DNA from: Escherichia phage vB_VIPECOOM01
Length of the DNA stretch: 64,000 bases
Strand: one strand, 5' to 3'
Sequence record: OQ721909
In this document: piece after piece, positions 1 through 7,969 of the stretch
Layout of the letters: each line of letters begins with the position of its first letter
Position numbering within the stretch: position 1 is the stretch's first letter
Notes under the pieces: model-generated
What the model was told of the DNA's origin: nothing
Seen by the model: only the letters and a program-made list of their open reading frames with translations
Database searches by the model: none
Position numbers and translations under genes: made by a program

Positions 1-474
<474 letters not shown>

Positions 475-930
475 TTAAAAGAGGCTGTTCATTATTCGGT
501 AAAGTGAAGGACCCATCACATATTGCCACTGAGTGCGAGGAATAAGAGCAAAAGCATCCATCTCTGGAATCATAACACCATCTTTATTTTCAAAATAAGA
601 CTCGCAATGGCAATTTCTAAACATCTCATGCTCTACTGGAATCGTATAATAAAACAGCTGTAAGTCTTTATTACTAGAATATTTAAATACACCTAGGTCT
701 TCTAGAAGGTCTGGATTATAATTGCTAAAACCGGTCTCTTCTAAGCATTCTCTTCGTGCTGCATCTAGTGCGTTTAAATCAGAATTTTCTACACGGCCTT
801 TTGGAATATCCCAGCGATGTGCCATCATTCCAGGCTTACGAGAACCAGTAACCCGTCCCATGAATAAATCTTTATCTTCTGTCATAAAGATAATACCAGC
901 TGATAATGTTTTCATTTTAATTTCCTGCAT
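475..930 (-). CDS. nudE: Nudix hydrolase
   Basis: Nudix box GRVENSDLNALDAARRECLEETG; 151 aa; position next to e as in T4 (e.1). Confidence 0.85.
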   Translation of the reverse strand: MQEIKMKTLSAGIIFMTEDKDLFMGRVTGSRKPGMMAHRWDIPKGRVENSDLNALDAARRECLEETGFSNYNPDLLEDLGVFKYSSNKDLQLFYYTIPVEHEMFRNCHCESYFENKDGVMIPEMDAFALIPRTQWQYVMGPSLYRIMNSLF

Positions 931-1400
931 TCGGTGATAAAATTATTTAAATTTTGAGTATATTTCTTTTCATCAAAAATCTTTTGCTGCCTACGTAACC
1001 GCCATGGCATTTCAATGAACACGCACCATATTCCTGATAGTACTGCTGCTGTAAAAATATTAACAAGTATAATTAAAAGAATCCAATCTTCCGTTCTGCC
1101 TACTGGACTTTCTCCAAAGAAGCAAAATACAAATGATGTCACAGGAAAACTAATAATATACCACAGAATAACCTTCTTATCTGTGAACCAATCAGCGTTC
1201 GTTAACTTAGCGCGACCATTTCGAATACACACGAATTTATCATCTGTTACAGTAGATGGCTTAACTGCTTGATATCCCATTCTAAACTCCCTAATCAGCA
1301 AATTTTTCATATCTTCGGAACAGCCATTCCAGTCAACTCTATCGACTGAAATGCCATCGTCCCCATCATCTAAATCATACCAGCGAGTTTTTAAAATCAT
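912..1400 (-). CDS. Hypothetical protein with hydrophobic segments (e.2 position)
   Basis: 162 aa ORF, overlaps neighbours in operon-like fashion; hydrophobic stretches WILLIILVNIFTAAVLSGIWCVFI. Confidence 0.55.
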   Translation of the reverse strand: MILKTRWYDLDDGDDGISVDRVDWNGCSEDMKNLLIREFRMGYQAVKPSTVTDDKFVCIRNGRAKLTNADWFTDKKVILWYIISFPVTSFVFCFFGESPVGRTEDWILLIILVNIFTAAVLSGIWCVFIEMPWRLRRQQKIFDEKKYTQNLNNFITECRKLK

Positions 1401-1759
1401 TTAATTTTCCTACAATCACTCACAAACTCTTCCATTGATTCTTTTTCAATATAAGACATGTAGTTATTATATTCCTTTAATTGTATTTTGTAATCCTTTT
1501 TTCTTTGCCAATTTATTTTAAAATTATCATAATGAAAATATAACATGGTACCAAAGAATGAAAATAATGAAATCGCTATAGTATAACGAAGTTCACTCCA
1601 AACCTCTGTTATAATTACTGTGCCGTCGATGTTTAAAATAATACAGTCAATTAACAATCCAATAAGACTACCAGCAAGAGCTGCAAATACTGACACGGCA
1701 AGAATTAATAGTGCCTCAGGAAACGAATATTTGACTTTATTTAGTTTTGGCTTTTGCAT
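1397..1759 (-). CDS. Hypothetical small membrane protein (e.3 position)
   Basis: 120 aa, two hydrophobic helices; start overlaps upstream stop. Confidence 0.55.
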   Translation of the reverse strand: MQKPKLNKVKYSFPEALLILAVSVFAALAGSLIGLLIDCIILNIDGTVIITEVWSELRYTIAISLFSFFGTMLYFHYDNFKINWQRKKDYKIQLKEYNNYMSYIEKESMEEFVSDCRKIK

Positions 1760-2154
1760 CGTGATTCCTTAACAAATTTCATAATTTCATTAAATTCATG
1801 CATATCAAGTTTAAGCTGGTGTTCCTTTTTAATCTTTTTACACTGAGCTTTCCATTCGCGTACGCGTTTACGATAATGTCTTCCTTGATACCAGTATCCT
1901 ACCCAATTTACAGGTACTAATAAAAGTGGAACTATTAATGGAAGAATTAGCATTAACACAAGTATTTCGCCAGAATCAATATCAGTCATAACATCTAAAA
2001 CACCTCCAATAATCAATAGAATCACAAATGATACAGCTACCACAGGACCTATTAATATATCAGTAGGAATTAGCCGGCGCTTTAATTCATACTTCACAGG
2101 TTTACTTGGAAGGTATAGTGATGGCTTTGACATATTCTCTACATTCCTTAACAA
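1741..2154 (-). CDS. Hypothetical membrane protein (e.4 position)
   Basis: 137 aa, strongly hydrophobic core LIGPVVAVSFVILLIIGGVLDV, basic C-terminus. Confidence 0.55.
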   Translation of the reverse strand: MLRNVENMSKPSLYLPSKPVKYELKRRLIPTDILIGPVVAVSFVILLIIGGVLDVMTDIDSGEILVLMLILPLIVPLLLVPVNWVGYWYQGRHYRKRVREWKAQCKKIKKEHQLKLDMHEFNEIMKFVKESRCKSQN

Positions 2155-2710
2155 ATTTTTCTAATAATAAATCGCTTTCAAAATTGGGATTTTCCACGAA
2201 TTTATCAAAAAGATCATCAACAATAGTCAAGATATTCTTTTTACTAAGAATACGCTTATTTTCATATTTTGTTTCAGAGTCAACTATAAGAGTAAAGAAA
2301 TATTTCTTTCCCTGAAATTTTACCGTAGTATCAATATAAAATAAATTTGACTTTTGTAAATTACGTCTAAACCCCGAGTCACTTAAACTATAAACGCCAA
2401 GATAATCATAATCGTCGTTTAAATAACAAACTGTCCATTCAGGAGAAATGAAATCAGTAAATTCAACATCAAAATCGCACGTCAATGAATGAATTGATTC
2501 AATACTGCTAATAAGTATTCCAGGACGTATTAAAGACTTTTTACCTCTATAAAATCTTCCAGAAAGACTTTCGTCAGTTTCATACGAAGACCCCCAATAG
2601 TAATTACGTCCTTCTGCCATACGTTTAAGAGCATTCAGTAATTGGTCTGGAACATCAACCTGTCTTTGGAACTCTTCAAACATTGAATTGAAATCATTTT
2701 GCATTCTCAT
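2102..2710 (-). CDS. Hypothetical protein (e.5 position)
   Basis: 202 aa ORF on the gene-dense minus strand; no motif recognised. Confidence 0.5.
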   Translation of the reverse strand: MRMQNDFNSMFEEFQRQVDVPDQLLNALKRMAEGRNYYWGSSYETDESLSGRFYRGKKSLIRPGILISSIESIHSLTCDFDVEFTDFISPEWTVCYLNDDYDYLGVYSLSDSGFRRNLQKSNLFYIDTTVKFQGKKYFFTLIVDSETKYENKRILSKKNILTIVDDLFDKFVENPNFESDLLLEKFVKECREYVKAITIPSK

Positions 2711-2730
2711 TCCTATTTACTCCAAGTAAT

Positions 2731-2746
2731 AGGGGCCGAAGCCCCT
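2731..2746 (-). other. GC-rich stem-loop AGGGGC-CGAA-GCCCCT between genes
   Basis: Perfect 6-bp stem with tetraloop; identical 16-mer recurs at 44978-44993. Confidence 0.45.
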
Positions 2747-2751
2747 TATCA

Positions 2752-3345
2752 TTATTTCAGAGAATTAATATATTCCTGGACATCAGCAGAAGTGGTTTCA
2801 ACCCCAGAAATATTACCGTTAAAGGTTTCAACTCGAGCAAGAGTATCTTCAATATCAACCTTAGTTAGCGCTGCGATTTCAACTACATCATCGGCAGTAC
2901 TAATTCCAAGGGCATTTGCCGCACGAGTTTCACGAATATATTCCAATTTAACTGCAAGTTCTTGGCGAGCATCATCTAACTCAACTACTTTCTTGGCGAT
3001 TTCAATTCGCATTTCAGCATAACCGTCAGCTTTAGTAGTCAACTGCTCAGCTGTTCGACGATATAGCAAACCGAGTTTAGCGTGCATTGTTACATCTTGA
3101 CCTTCGGAAAGAAGTTTACGAATTTCACGCTCTTTTGATTCGGCCTGTCGATTCTTTTCGACAATAAGTTCACGAATACGTTTTTCTTCATTAATAGATT
3201 TAACAGAAGCAGTTTTTAGATCTTTAATTTTATCAAGCAGTTTTGCTGCCGCAGCAGTATACTGTTCTTCAACAGATAGATTTTTAGCCATAGCAGAACC
3301 AAGTTTAGTGCGAATAAACTCAACAATTTTCTTCAGTGTGTTCAT
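2752..3345 (-). CDS. Coiled-coil protein, possibly PspA/IM30-like (e.6 position)
   Basis: 197 aa, charged heptad-like repeats throughout ([34 protein letters not shown]); family assignment is a guess. Confidence 0.5.
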   Translation of the reverse strand: MNTLKKIVEFIRTKLGSAMAKNLSVEEQYTAAAAKLLDKIKDLKTASVKSINEEKRIRELIVEKNRQAESKEREIRKLLSEGQDVTMHAKLGLLYRRTAEQLTTKADGYAEMRIEIAKKVVELDDARQELAVKLEYIRETRAANALGISTADDVVEIAALTKVDIEDTLARVETFNGNISGVETTSADVQEYINSLK

Positions 3346-3388
3346 AGTATTTCCTTAGGTTAATTGAGATTTAAAATCTGTGGAAGAA

Positions 3389-3919
3389 TTATATCCCATT
3401 ATTTGAGAGATGTAAACTATTTTTAATTTTACAAATTCGTTCAGCTTCATCGATAGCAGCATTAATAATGCTTTTAGCTATAGGAGTACTAATACTAGTA
3501 GCTTTTACACTTAACACGATTTCTTTATCTTTACCAGGCCAACCCCATGATTTTTCACCGTGAGTGCCTTTAATTACAGCAGACACCTCAAGTGAGCGTC
3601 CATTATCATATGTTTTTACATTAACAACCCAAGGGTCACTTTTCTCAATCGGTTTCTCAACCGGTTTATCCCAGTAAATATTAAGAATGCGTGGGACATC
3701 AAATTTGGCAGGACAAATCTTAACCGTAAGACCTTCGCTTTCTAGCCAATTAATAAGAGGGCGTTCATACAGGCGACGATGTGGGCTTGGGATTCGACAA
3801 GCCTTATGTCCGTTGCTTGCGGCTTCACTAAGCTGTTCTAATACCTGCTTTTGCATTATTGATAAGATACCATCAAAAGATTTTTCGGAAATTTCATTCA
3901 GTTCGGTATAAAGAGACAT
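3389..3919 (-). CDS. Hypothetical protein (e.7 position)
   Basis: 176 aa, SD gaggaa before ATG, preceded by a PeSL-type promoter. Confidence 0.6.
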   Translation of the reverse strand: MSLYTELNEISEKSFDGILSIMQKQVLEQLSEAASNGHKACRIPSPHRRLYERPLINWLESEGLTVKICPAKFDVPRILNIYWDKPVEKPIEKSDPWVVNVKTYDNGRSLEVSAVIKGTHGEKSWGWPGKDKEIVLSVKATSISTPIAKSIINAAIDEAERICKIKNSLHLSNNGI

Positions 3920-3937
3920 AACAGTTTCCTCAAATTA

Positions 3938-3974
3938 TAGGCTCATAATATCTCAATCATGAGCCTATGTAAAC
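3938..3974 (-). promoter_or_regulatory. PeSL-type early promoter with stem-loop
   Basis: Minus strand GTTTAC (-35, plus 3969-3974) abutting upstream stop codon, 17-nt spacer, TATTAT -10; stem taggctcat/atgagccta 3938-3967. Confidence 0.55.
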
Positions 3975-4238
3975 TTATTTCATATTATTGAAATATTCTT
4001 CTGCGATTTCGTCGTTATCATGGTAAACTTTAGAAGACAGTTTAACATAACCTTCTGCTGTGAACATGTTAATCACAACTTTTACAGTATACCATTGACC
4101 ATCTTCATTACCCATTACTGCGTAAGTTTCAAACATCGGATGGTCAGGACCGATAACTTTAATATCATTCACTGTACGACCGAAATCTTCTGAAACGCAT
4201 TTCATAAAGAAGTTGAACAGTTCGCCGTAATTATCCAT
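3975..4238 (-). CDS. Small hypothetical protein (e.8 position); start moved to internal ATG
   Basis: ORF track gives 3975-4292, but the ATG at 4236-4238 has a strong SD (ggagaataaaATG) and lies downstream of the promoter at 4283-4312. Confidence 0.5.
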   Translation of the reverse strand: MDNYGELFNFFMKCVSEDFGRTVNDIKVIGPDHPMFETYAVMGNEDGQWYTVKVVINMFTAEGYVKLSSKVYHDNDEIAEEYFNNMK

Positions 4239-4282
4239 TTTATTCTCCAAGTTGTTTTTCTGTATCAGTAGTTGATAGTTGT

Positions 4283-4312
4283 ATAGTACCATGGAAGAAC
4301 TGGGATGTAAAC
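4283..4312 (-). promoter_or_regulatory. Sigma70-like early promoter
   Basis: Minus strand GTTTAC -35 (plus 4307-4312), 18-nt spacer, TACTAT -10; leader shares CTATCAACTACTG with the promoter at 9376-9414. Confidence 0.45.
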
Positions 4313-4445
4313 AGTTTTGTGAAAAAATTTTTAAAAAGTTTTAGGGAATTCTAGGGAGGGAAGGGGCAATTAAAGGATAGGATAATATATTATAAAGGGT
4401 AGAAACTAAATGATGCCTAGAGAGGTCCAGAAAGGCCTAGATGCC

Positions 4446-4470
4446 AAAAAGCCCTATCATTTAGATAGGG
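4446..4470 (-). terminator. Rho-independent terminator after 4479-5042 gene
   Basis: Stem ccctatc/gataggg with loop attta, followed on the minus strand by CTTTTTGG. Confidence 0.6.
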
Positions 4471-4478
4471 ATTTAAAA

Positions 4479-5042
4479 TTATTTATCTAGTTTAGTTATT
4501 ATAGCTTCTGCGGCAGCTTTTAGCTTAGATGCGGTGTTAATACGATTTTTAATTTCAGTATACGCATCGCCAAGAACATCAAGGCTATCAGAATAAACAC
4601 TTACACTATTGCGTTCGCTATTTGAAATAGAACCTTTAGTTTTACGATCAAAATCGGTGTACACGTCTTGAAGATCACGGGCTGCCTTCTTTGCATCATC
4701 CAATGCGTCAAGAGCTTTATTCAAAGCATTAACGTATTTTTTAGTGTCGAACATATTCTTAGAAATTTTAACAGGTGCGCGTTCAGGAGTAGCTAATGCA
4801 GATTTAGGAACCTGAGCGCCAGATGCCAATTTCTTAGAAATTTTGAAAAACGCTTTATTGAATTTATTTTCTTGACTCATCGTAAAAGAACTATTATCGA
4901 TGTTGTACATTTCAATAGCTTTAGCTTTCCACTTAAGAAAATCGCCGCGGTCTTTTGGGTCCAAGTGGAAGAATACTTTAGTAAGATCTGCTTCAGATGG
5001 TAATTTTGCTGCTTCGGTTAAAAATTCGGCATAGGTTTTCAT
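4479..5042 (-). CDS. Internal-protein-like protein with N-terminal capsid-targeting sequence
   Basis: N-terminus MKTYAEFLTEAA matches the T4 internal protein CTS pattern (MKTYQEFIAE) plus an L-x-E prohead protease site; lysine-rich body; bracketed by terminators. Confidence 0.6.
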   Translation of the reverse strand: MKTYAEFLTEAAKLPSEADLTKVFFHLDPKDRGDFLKWKAKAIEMYNIDNSSFTMSQENKFNKAFFKISKKLASGAQVPKSALATPERAPVKISKNMFDTKKYVNALNKALDALDDAKKAARDLQDVYTDFDRKTKGSISNSERNSVSVYSDSLDVLGDAYTEIKNRINTASKLKAAAEAIITKLDK

Positions 5043-5131
5043 TTAAAATCCTTGAAATGATTTATCAGTTGGTTATTAATTATTTATTACTTTGCTATTA
5101 TCTGCAGCAGCATTCTCTATGTGATTCAAAC

Positions 5132-5160
5132 TAAAAAGCCCCGACCGAAAGGTCGGGGCT
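5132..5160 (-). terminator. Rho-independent terminator
   Basis: Stem agccccgacc/ggtcggggct with GAAA loop, followed by UUUUU on the minus strand. Confidence 0.75.
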
Positions 5161-5167
5161 AAGAATG

Positions 5168-5641
5168 TTATTTGATTTGTTTAGCAGACCAAATGCGGTC
5201 TTTAATAATTTTTTGGATGTCTTCAACATACTCTAGGTCATGAGCATGTGGGTTATCTTTGAAACTATAAGCACGAGCTAGTTTTTGGCCTTCAGTTTTG
5301 ATTACTAAAAGCTCTTTAAGGATAGCTTCATATTTAGCGATAATTCCTTTAACAATATTTTTTTCTTGTGCAACTTTAGGATCTGCTTTAGGAGCAGGTT
5401 TACCCGAAGCCTTTGCAAAAGCAGCGCCAGTAGCAACTAAACTTTTCCAGGCCATACTAACTGCATTTCCTGTAAATCCTTCTGCTTTCATGTCGCGGGC
5501 AAATTGGAATCGTGATTCGTCAGAAGCATCTTTATAGGAATATTTACCCGCTGCAATGGCTGCTTTTGCGACAGCTTGAATTTCGGTGCTAGATGCTTCA
5601 TTTAACACCGCTTCATTTAAAAATTGAGCATATGATTTCAT
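5168..5641 (-). CDS. Internal-protein-like protein with N-terminal capsid-targeting sequence
   Basis: N-terminus MKSYAQFLNEAV (CTS-like, L-N-E cleavage motif); own late promoter upstream and terminator downstream. Confidence 0.6.
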   Translation of the reverse strand: MKSYAQFLNEAVLNEASSTEIQAVAKAAIAAGKYSYKDASDESRFQFARDMKAEGFTGNAVSMAWKSLVATGAAFAKASGKPAPKADPKVAQEKNIVKGIIAKYEAILKELLVIKTEGQKLARAYSFKDNPHAHDLEYVEDIQKIIKDRIWSAKQIK

Positions 5642-5680
5642 CTTATTTCCTGTTTTAATTCGTGATTTAATATACTACTA

Positions 5681-5688
5681 TATTTATA
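5681..5688 (-). promoter_or_regulatory. T4 late promoter TATAAATA (minus strand)
   Basis: Plus tatttata at 5681-5688, about 40 nt upstream of the 5641 start. Confidence 0.6.
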
Positions 5689-5690
5689 CT

Positions 5691-5718
5691 AAAAAGCCCC
5701 AACCTTTCGGTCGGGGCT
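5691..5718 (-). terminator. Rho-independent terminator closing the tRNA/small-RNA transcription unit
   Basis: Stem agccccaacc/ggtcggggct (one G-U), loop TTTC, then UUUUU on minus strand. Confidence 0.7.
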
Positions 5719-5725
5719 AAGCCTT

Positions 5726-6030
5726 GCGGCAACCTTGTCGGGGTTCCACCTGCTAAGGCAAGTGTTTGTACGAAACGCCGGGATTCGAACCCGGTTATTA
5801 AGCAGTTGACGCTACTCAATATTTTTAAAAGGCCATATCTCGACCATATCCGAACGTTCCGTCAAAAACGCTACTCGGCTTACGGCAAAGATATTTCCTC
5901 GAATCGATAATTCGGTGCGCCGTTTCTGCTGTGATGTAAGGGGATATTAACAAATCGTAAAGATTTATTAAGACCAGTCCTTACGCAGGGAACATCAGTC
6001 CGACGACTTACCGGTAGCGACCCGGTTTCT
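5726..6030 (-). ncRNA. ORF-free structured region, candidate stable small RNA(s) co-transcribed with the tRNAs
   Basis: No ORF of 60 aa or more on either strand over about 300 bp despite dense coding elsewhere; tRNA-like T-arm CCGGG-TTCGAAT-CCCGG (5778-5794) with pairing acceptor-like strands CGGAACG/CGTTTCG (5855-5861 / 5771-5777) but no canonical D or anticodon arm; sits between tRNA operon and terminator. T4 has species 1/2 stable RNAs near its tRNAs. Confidence 0.35.
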
Positions 6031-6380
6031 TAATATTCTTTTAAAGCATCAATTTGTTCACGGCGTTTACGCCATAAATCAATTGCTTCATACGCAGATT
6101 CAGCATTTCGAATTGGACGGCATTTATATAAAGACTTATGATTTTGATATTGTGTAGATAACGGAATTTTATCTAAAAGGTCTTTACGTTCAAAATATTC
6201 GTAACCATCTAAACCAAATGAACGATTTTTGAGAAATTGCCAATGACCGTATTCGTTTTCGACATAAACATAATCCGCGTGTTGATAAAGCAAATTAATT
6301 ACACGTTCAGAAATAACAGTGTCATTGTGATTAAAATAAAATGTTAAATCATGAACTACTAAATAAACATTACCTTTCAT
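6030..6380 (-). CDS. Hypothetical protein embedded in the tRNA operon
   Basis: 116 aa, SD gaggaaaat before ATG, starts 17 nt after tRNA-Arg on same strand. Confidence 0.55.
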   Translation of the reverse strand: MKGNVYLVVHDLTFYFNHNDTVISERVINLLYQHADYVYVENEYGHWQFLKNRSFGLDGYEYFERKDLLDKIPLSTQYQNHKSLYKCRPIRNAESAYEAIDLWRKRREQIDALKEY

Positions 6381-6396
6381 ATTTTCCTCACTTAAT

Positions 6397-6472
6397 TGGT
6401 CGAGGCAGTAGGGATCGAACCTACGACCTAGGACTTAGAAGGTCCTTGCTCTTCCTTCTGAGCTATGCCCCG
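6397..6472 (-). tRNA. tRNA-Arg (anticodon TCT)
   Basis: Hand-folded cloverleaf, anticodon loop CTTCTAA, T-loop GGTTCGATCC, CCA encoded. Confidence 0.8.
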
Positions 6473-6476
6473 TAAT

Positions 6477-6552
6477 TGGGGTGACCGATGGGAGTCGAAC
6501 CCATGACTACGAGAATCACAATCTCGAGTTCTACCAACTGAACTACGGCCAC
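6477..6552 (-). tRNA. tRNA-His (anticodon GTG)
   Basis: 76 nt cloverleaf; anticodon arm CGAGA-TTGTGAT-TCTCG; closely resembles E. coli tRNA-His from memory. Confidence 0.7.
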
Positions 6553-6666
6553 ATTAATACCTACTCCAACAATCAAGATGTCTTCACACGAAATTAAGAG
6601 AAGAGTGATCAGTTCAACCCCGATAATCGCGTCAAGTAGATATTAATGTGACAATTGTCACAAATT

Positions 6667-6741
6667 TGGCGGACGTGATAGGATTCGAACCTATAACCAA
6701 TCGCTTAACAGGCGATCGCTCTGCCATTGAGCTACACATCC
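6667..6741 (-). tRNA. tRNA-Asn (anticodon GTT)
   Basis: 75 nt; anticodon loop CTGTTAA; T-arm ATAGG-TTCGAAT-CCTAT; CCA encoded. Confidence 0.7.
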
Positions 6742-6745
6742 AAAT

Positions 6746-6832
6746 TGGTGGGGAGTGATGGAGTCGAACCACCCGAGTCGCAATGACAATGGATTTACAG
6801 TCCACACCGCTACCTCTACGGGATAACTCCCC
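6746..6832 (-). tRNA. tRNA-Tyr (anticodon GTA), long variable arm
   Basis: 87 nt; anticodon loop CTGTAAA; long extra arm; CCA encoded. Confidence 0.7.
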
Positions 6833-6845
6833 TTAATTCTTAATT

Positions 6846-6920
6846 TGGTGGCCCTGGGTGGAATTGAACCACCATCTGGCGATTATGAGTCGCTTGCTTG
6901 AACCTTCCAGCTACAGGGCC
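6846..6920 (-). tRNA. tRNA with CAT anticodon, most likely Ile (lysidine type); Met not excluded
   Basis: 75 nt; anticodon arm AGCGA-CTCATAA-TCGCC resembles E. coli tRNA-Ile2 from memory; T4 tRNA-Ile also carries CAU. Confidence 0.65.
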
Positions 6921-6929
6921 AAATTTTTC

Positions 6930-7412
6930 TTATTTTATGTAATATTTATTTAAAAACTTTCTAGCTTGAGTATGGCTAACATTTATAGCGTTTGCATAAT
7001 TTTTAATAAAACCTCGTTCATCCATATTAAAATTTTCTAATATTTTTAATCGTCTAATTATCTCATCTTGGCTTAAGGTACTTGCATTATTTTTAGAAAT
7101 TTTTTCTAAAGACTGCACTGAGTGTTTTCGACCATTAAAATTAAAATTTTTAGGTTTTGGAGGAAATCTATCATTTAGTCTCGCATCTTTTGTATTTTGA
7201 TTATTAGTTGCGCAATATATGTTATTTAATGAGTATGGTCCTTTATCACCAAAACGACACATACAGTATTCATGACCCTTTCTTCCACGCTTATCATAAT
7301 TTCCCGTTGATTTCCACCAATTCAACCACTCATCAAAAGTTAAATTCCATTCAATGTTTCTACGTATAGCAGAATTCCGCTGAGAAATATATTTTGCATA
7401 ATCTTCTTTCAT
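6930..7412 (-). mobile_element. Free-standing HNH-like (His-Me finger) homing endonuclease gene inserted between tRNA genes
   Basis: 160 aa; EWNLTFDEW plus CxC and GDKGPYSLNNIYCATNNQN motif resembling degenerate phage HNH nucleases; basic C-terminal HTH-like tail; interrupts the tRNA cluster. Confidence 0.5.
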
Positions 7413-7459
7413 CGCAAATTTCTCTACTTATTGCATACACTAAGCTAAATCAGCAAAAC

Positions 7460-7549
7460 TGGCGGAGGCGATAGGATTTGAACCTATGAGTCGCCGGAGC
7501 GACTGCCGGTTTTCAAGACCGGTGCATTAAACCACTCTGCCACGCCTCC
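7460..7549 (-). tRNA. tRNA-Ser (anticodon TGA), long variable arm
   Basis: 90 nt; anticodon arm CCGGT-CTTGAAA-ACCGG; CCA encoded. Confidence 0.8.
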
Positions 7550-7551
7550 AG

Positions 7552-7625
7552 TCTCCGCGGCAGGATTTGAACCTGCGACATTCTGCTCCCAAAGCAGACG
7601 CTCTACCAAACTGAGCTACACGGAG
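7552..7625 (-). tRNA. tRNA-Pro (anticodon TGG), CCA not encoded
   Basis: Anticodon arm TCTGC-TTTGGGA-GCAGA; abuts tRNA-Ser with 2-nt spacer, as in the T4 Pro-Ser dimeric precursor. Confidence 0.8.
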
Positions 7626-7635
7626 TAAATTAAAT

Positions 7636-7709
<74 letters not shown>

Positions 7710-7714
7710 AAATT

Positions 7715-7801
7715 TGGTGCGAGAAGTGGGACTCGAACCCACAAGGAAATCATTCCGCAGCATTTTAAGTGCTGTGCCTTTACCAATTTGACCATTCTCG
7801 C
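7715..7801 (-). tRNA. tRNA-Leu (anticodon TAA), long variable arm
   Basis: 87 nt; anticodon arm CAGCA-CTTAAAA-TGCTG; CCA encoded. Confidence 0.8.
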
Positions 7802-7802
7802 G

Positions 7803-7875
7803 CTGGGAATAAAGGACTCGAACCTTTGCATCTAGCAGTCAAAGTGCTATGCCTTACCAACTTGGCTAATTCCCA
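7803..7875 (-). tRNA. tRNA-Gln (anticodon TTG), CCA not encoded
   Basis: Anticodon arm TAGCA-CTTTGAC-TGCTA; 1-nt spacer to tRNA-Leu as in the T4 Gln-Leu dimer. Confidence 0.8.
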
Positions 7876-7944
7876 ATTATTAACAAAGGCTCTTAAGCAA
7901 GAACCCTTGATGATAGAGGGTATTAATCAGTGCGATATGAGTTA

Positions 7945-7969
7945 ATAATAACAAATAATTCTTAAAGCA
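7945..7969 (-). promoter_or_regulatory. MotA-dependent middle promoter candidate for the tRNA operon
   Basis: Minus strand TTGCTTTA (MotA box) then 12 nt then TATTAT -10. Confidence 0.45.

Noticed and set aside
5770-5861. Possible eleventh tRNA
   Set aside because: A T-arm and acceptor pairing exist but no D-arm or anticodon arm can be folded; kept only as a tRNA-like or stable-RNA candidate
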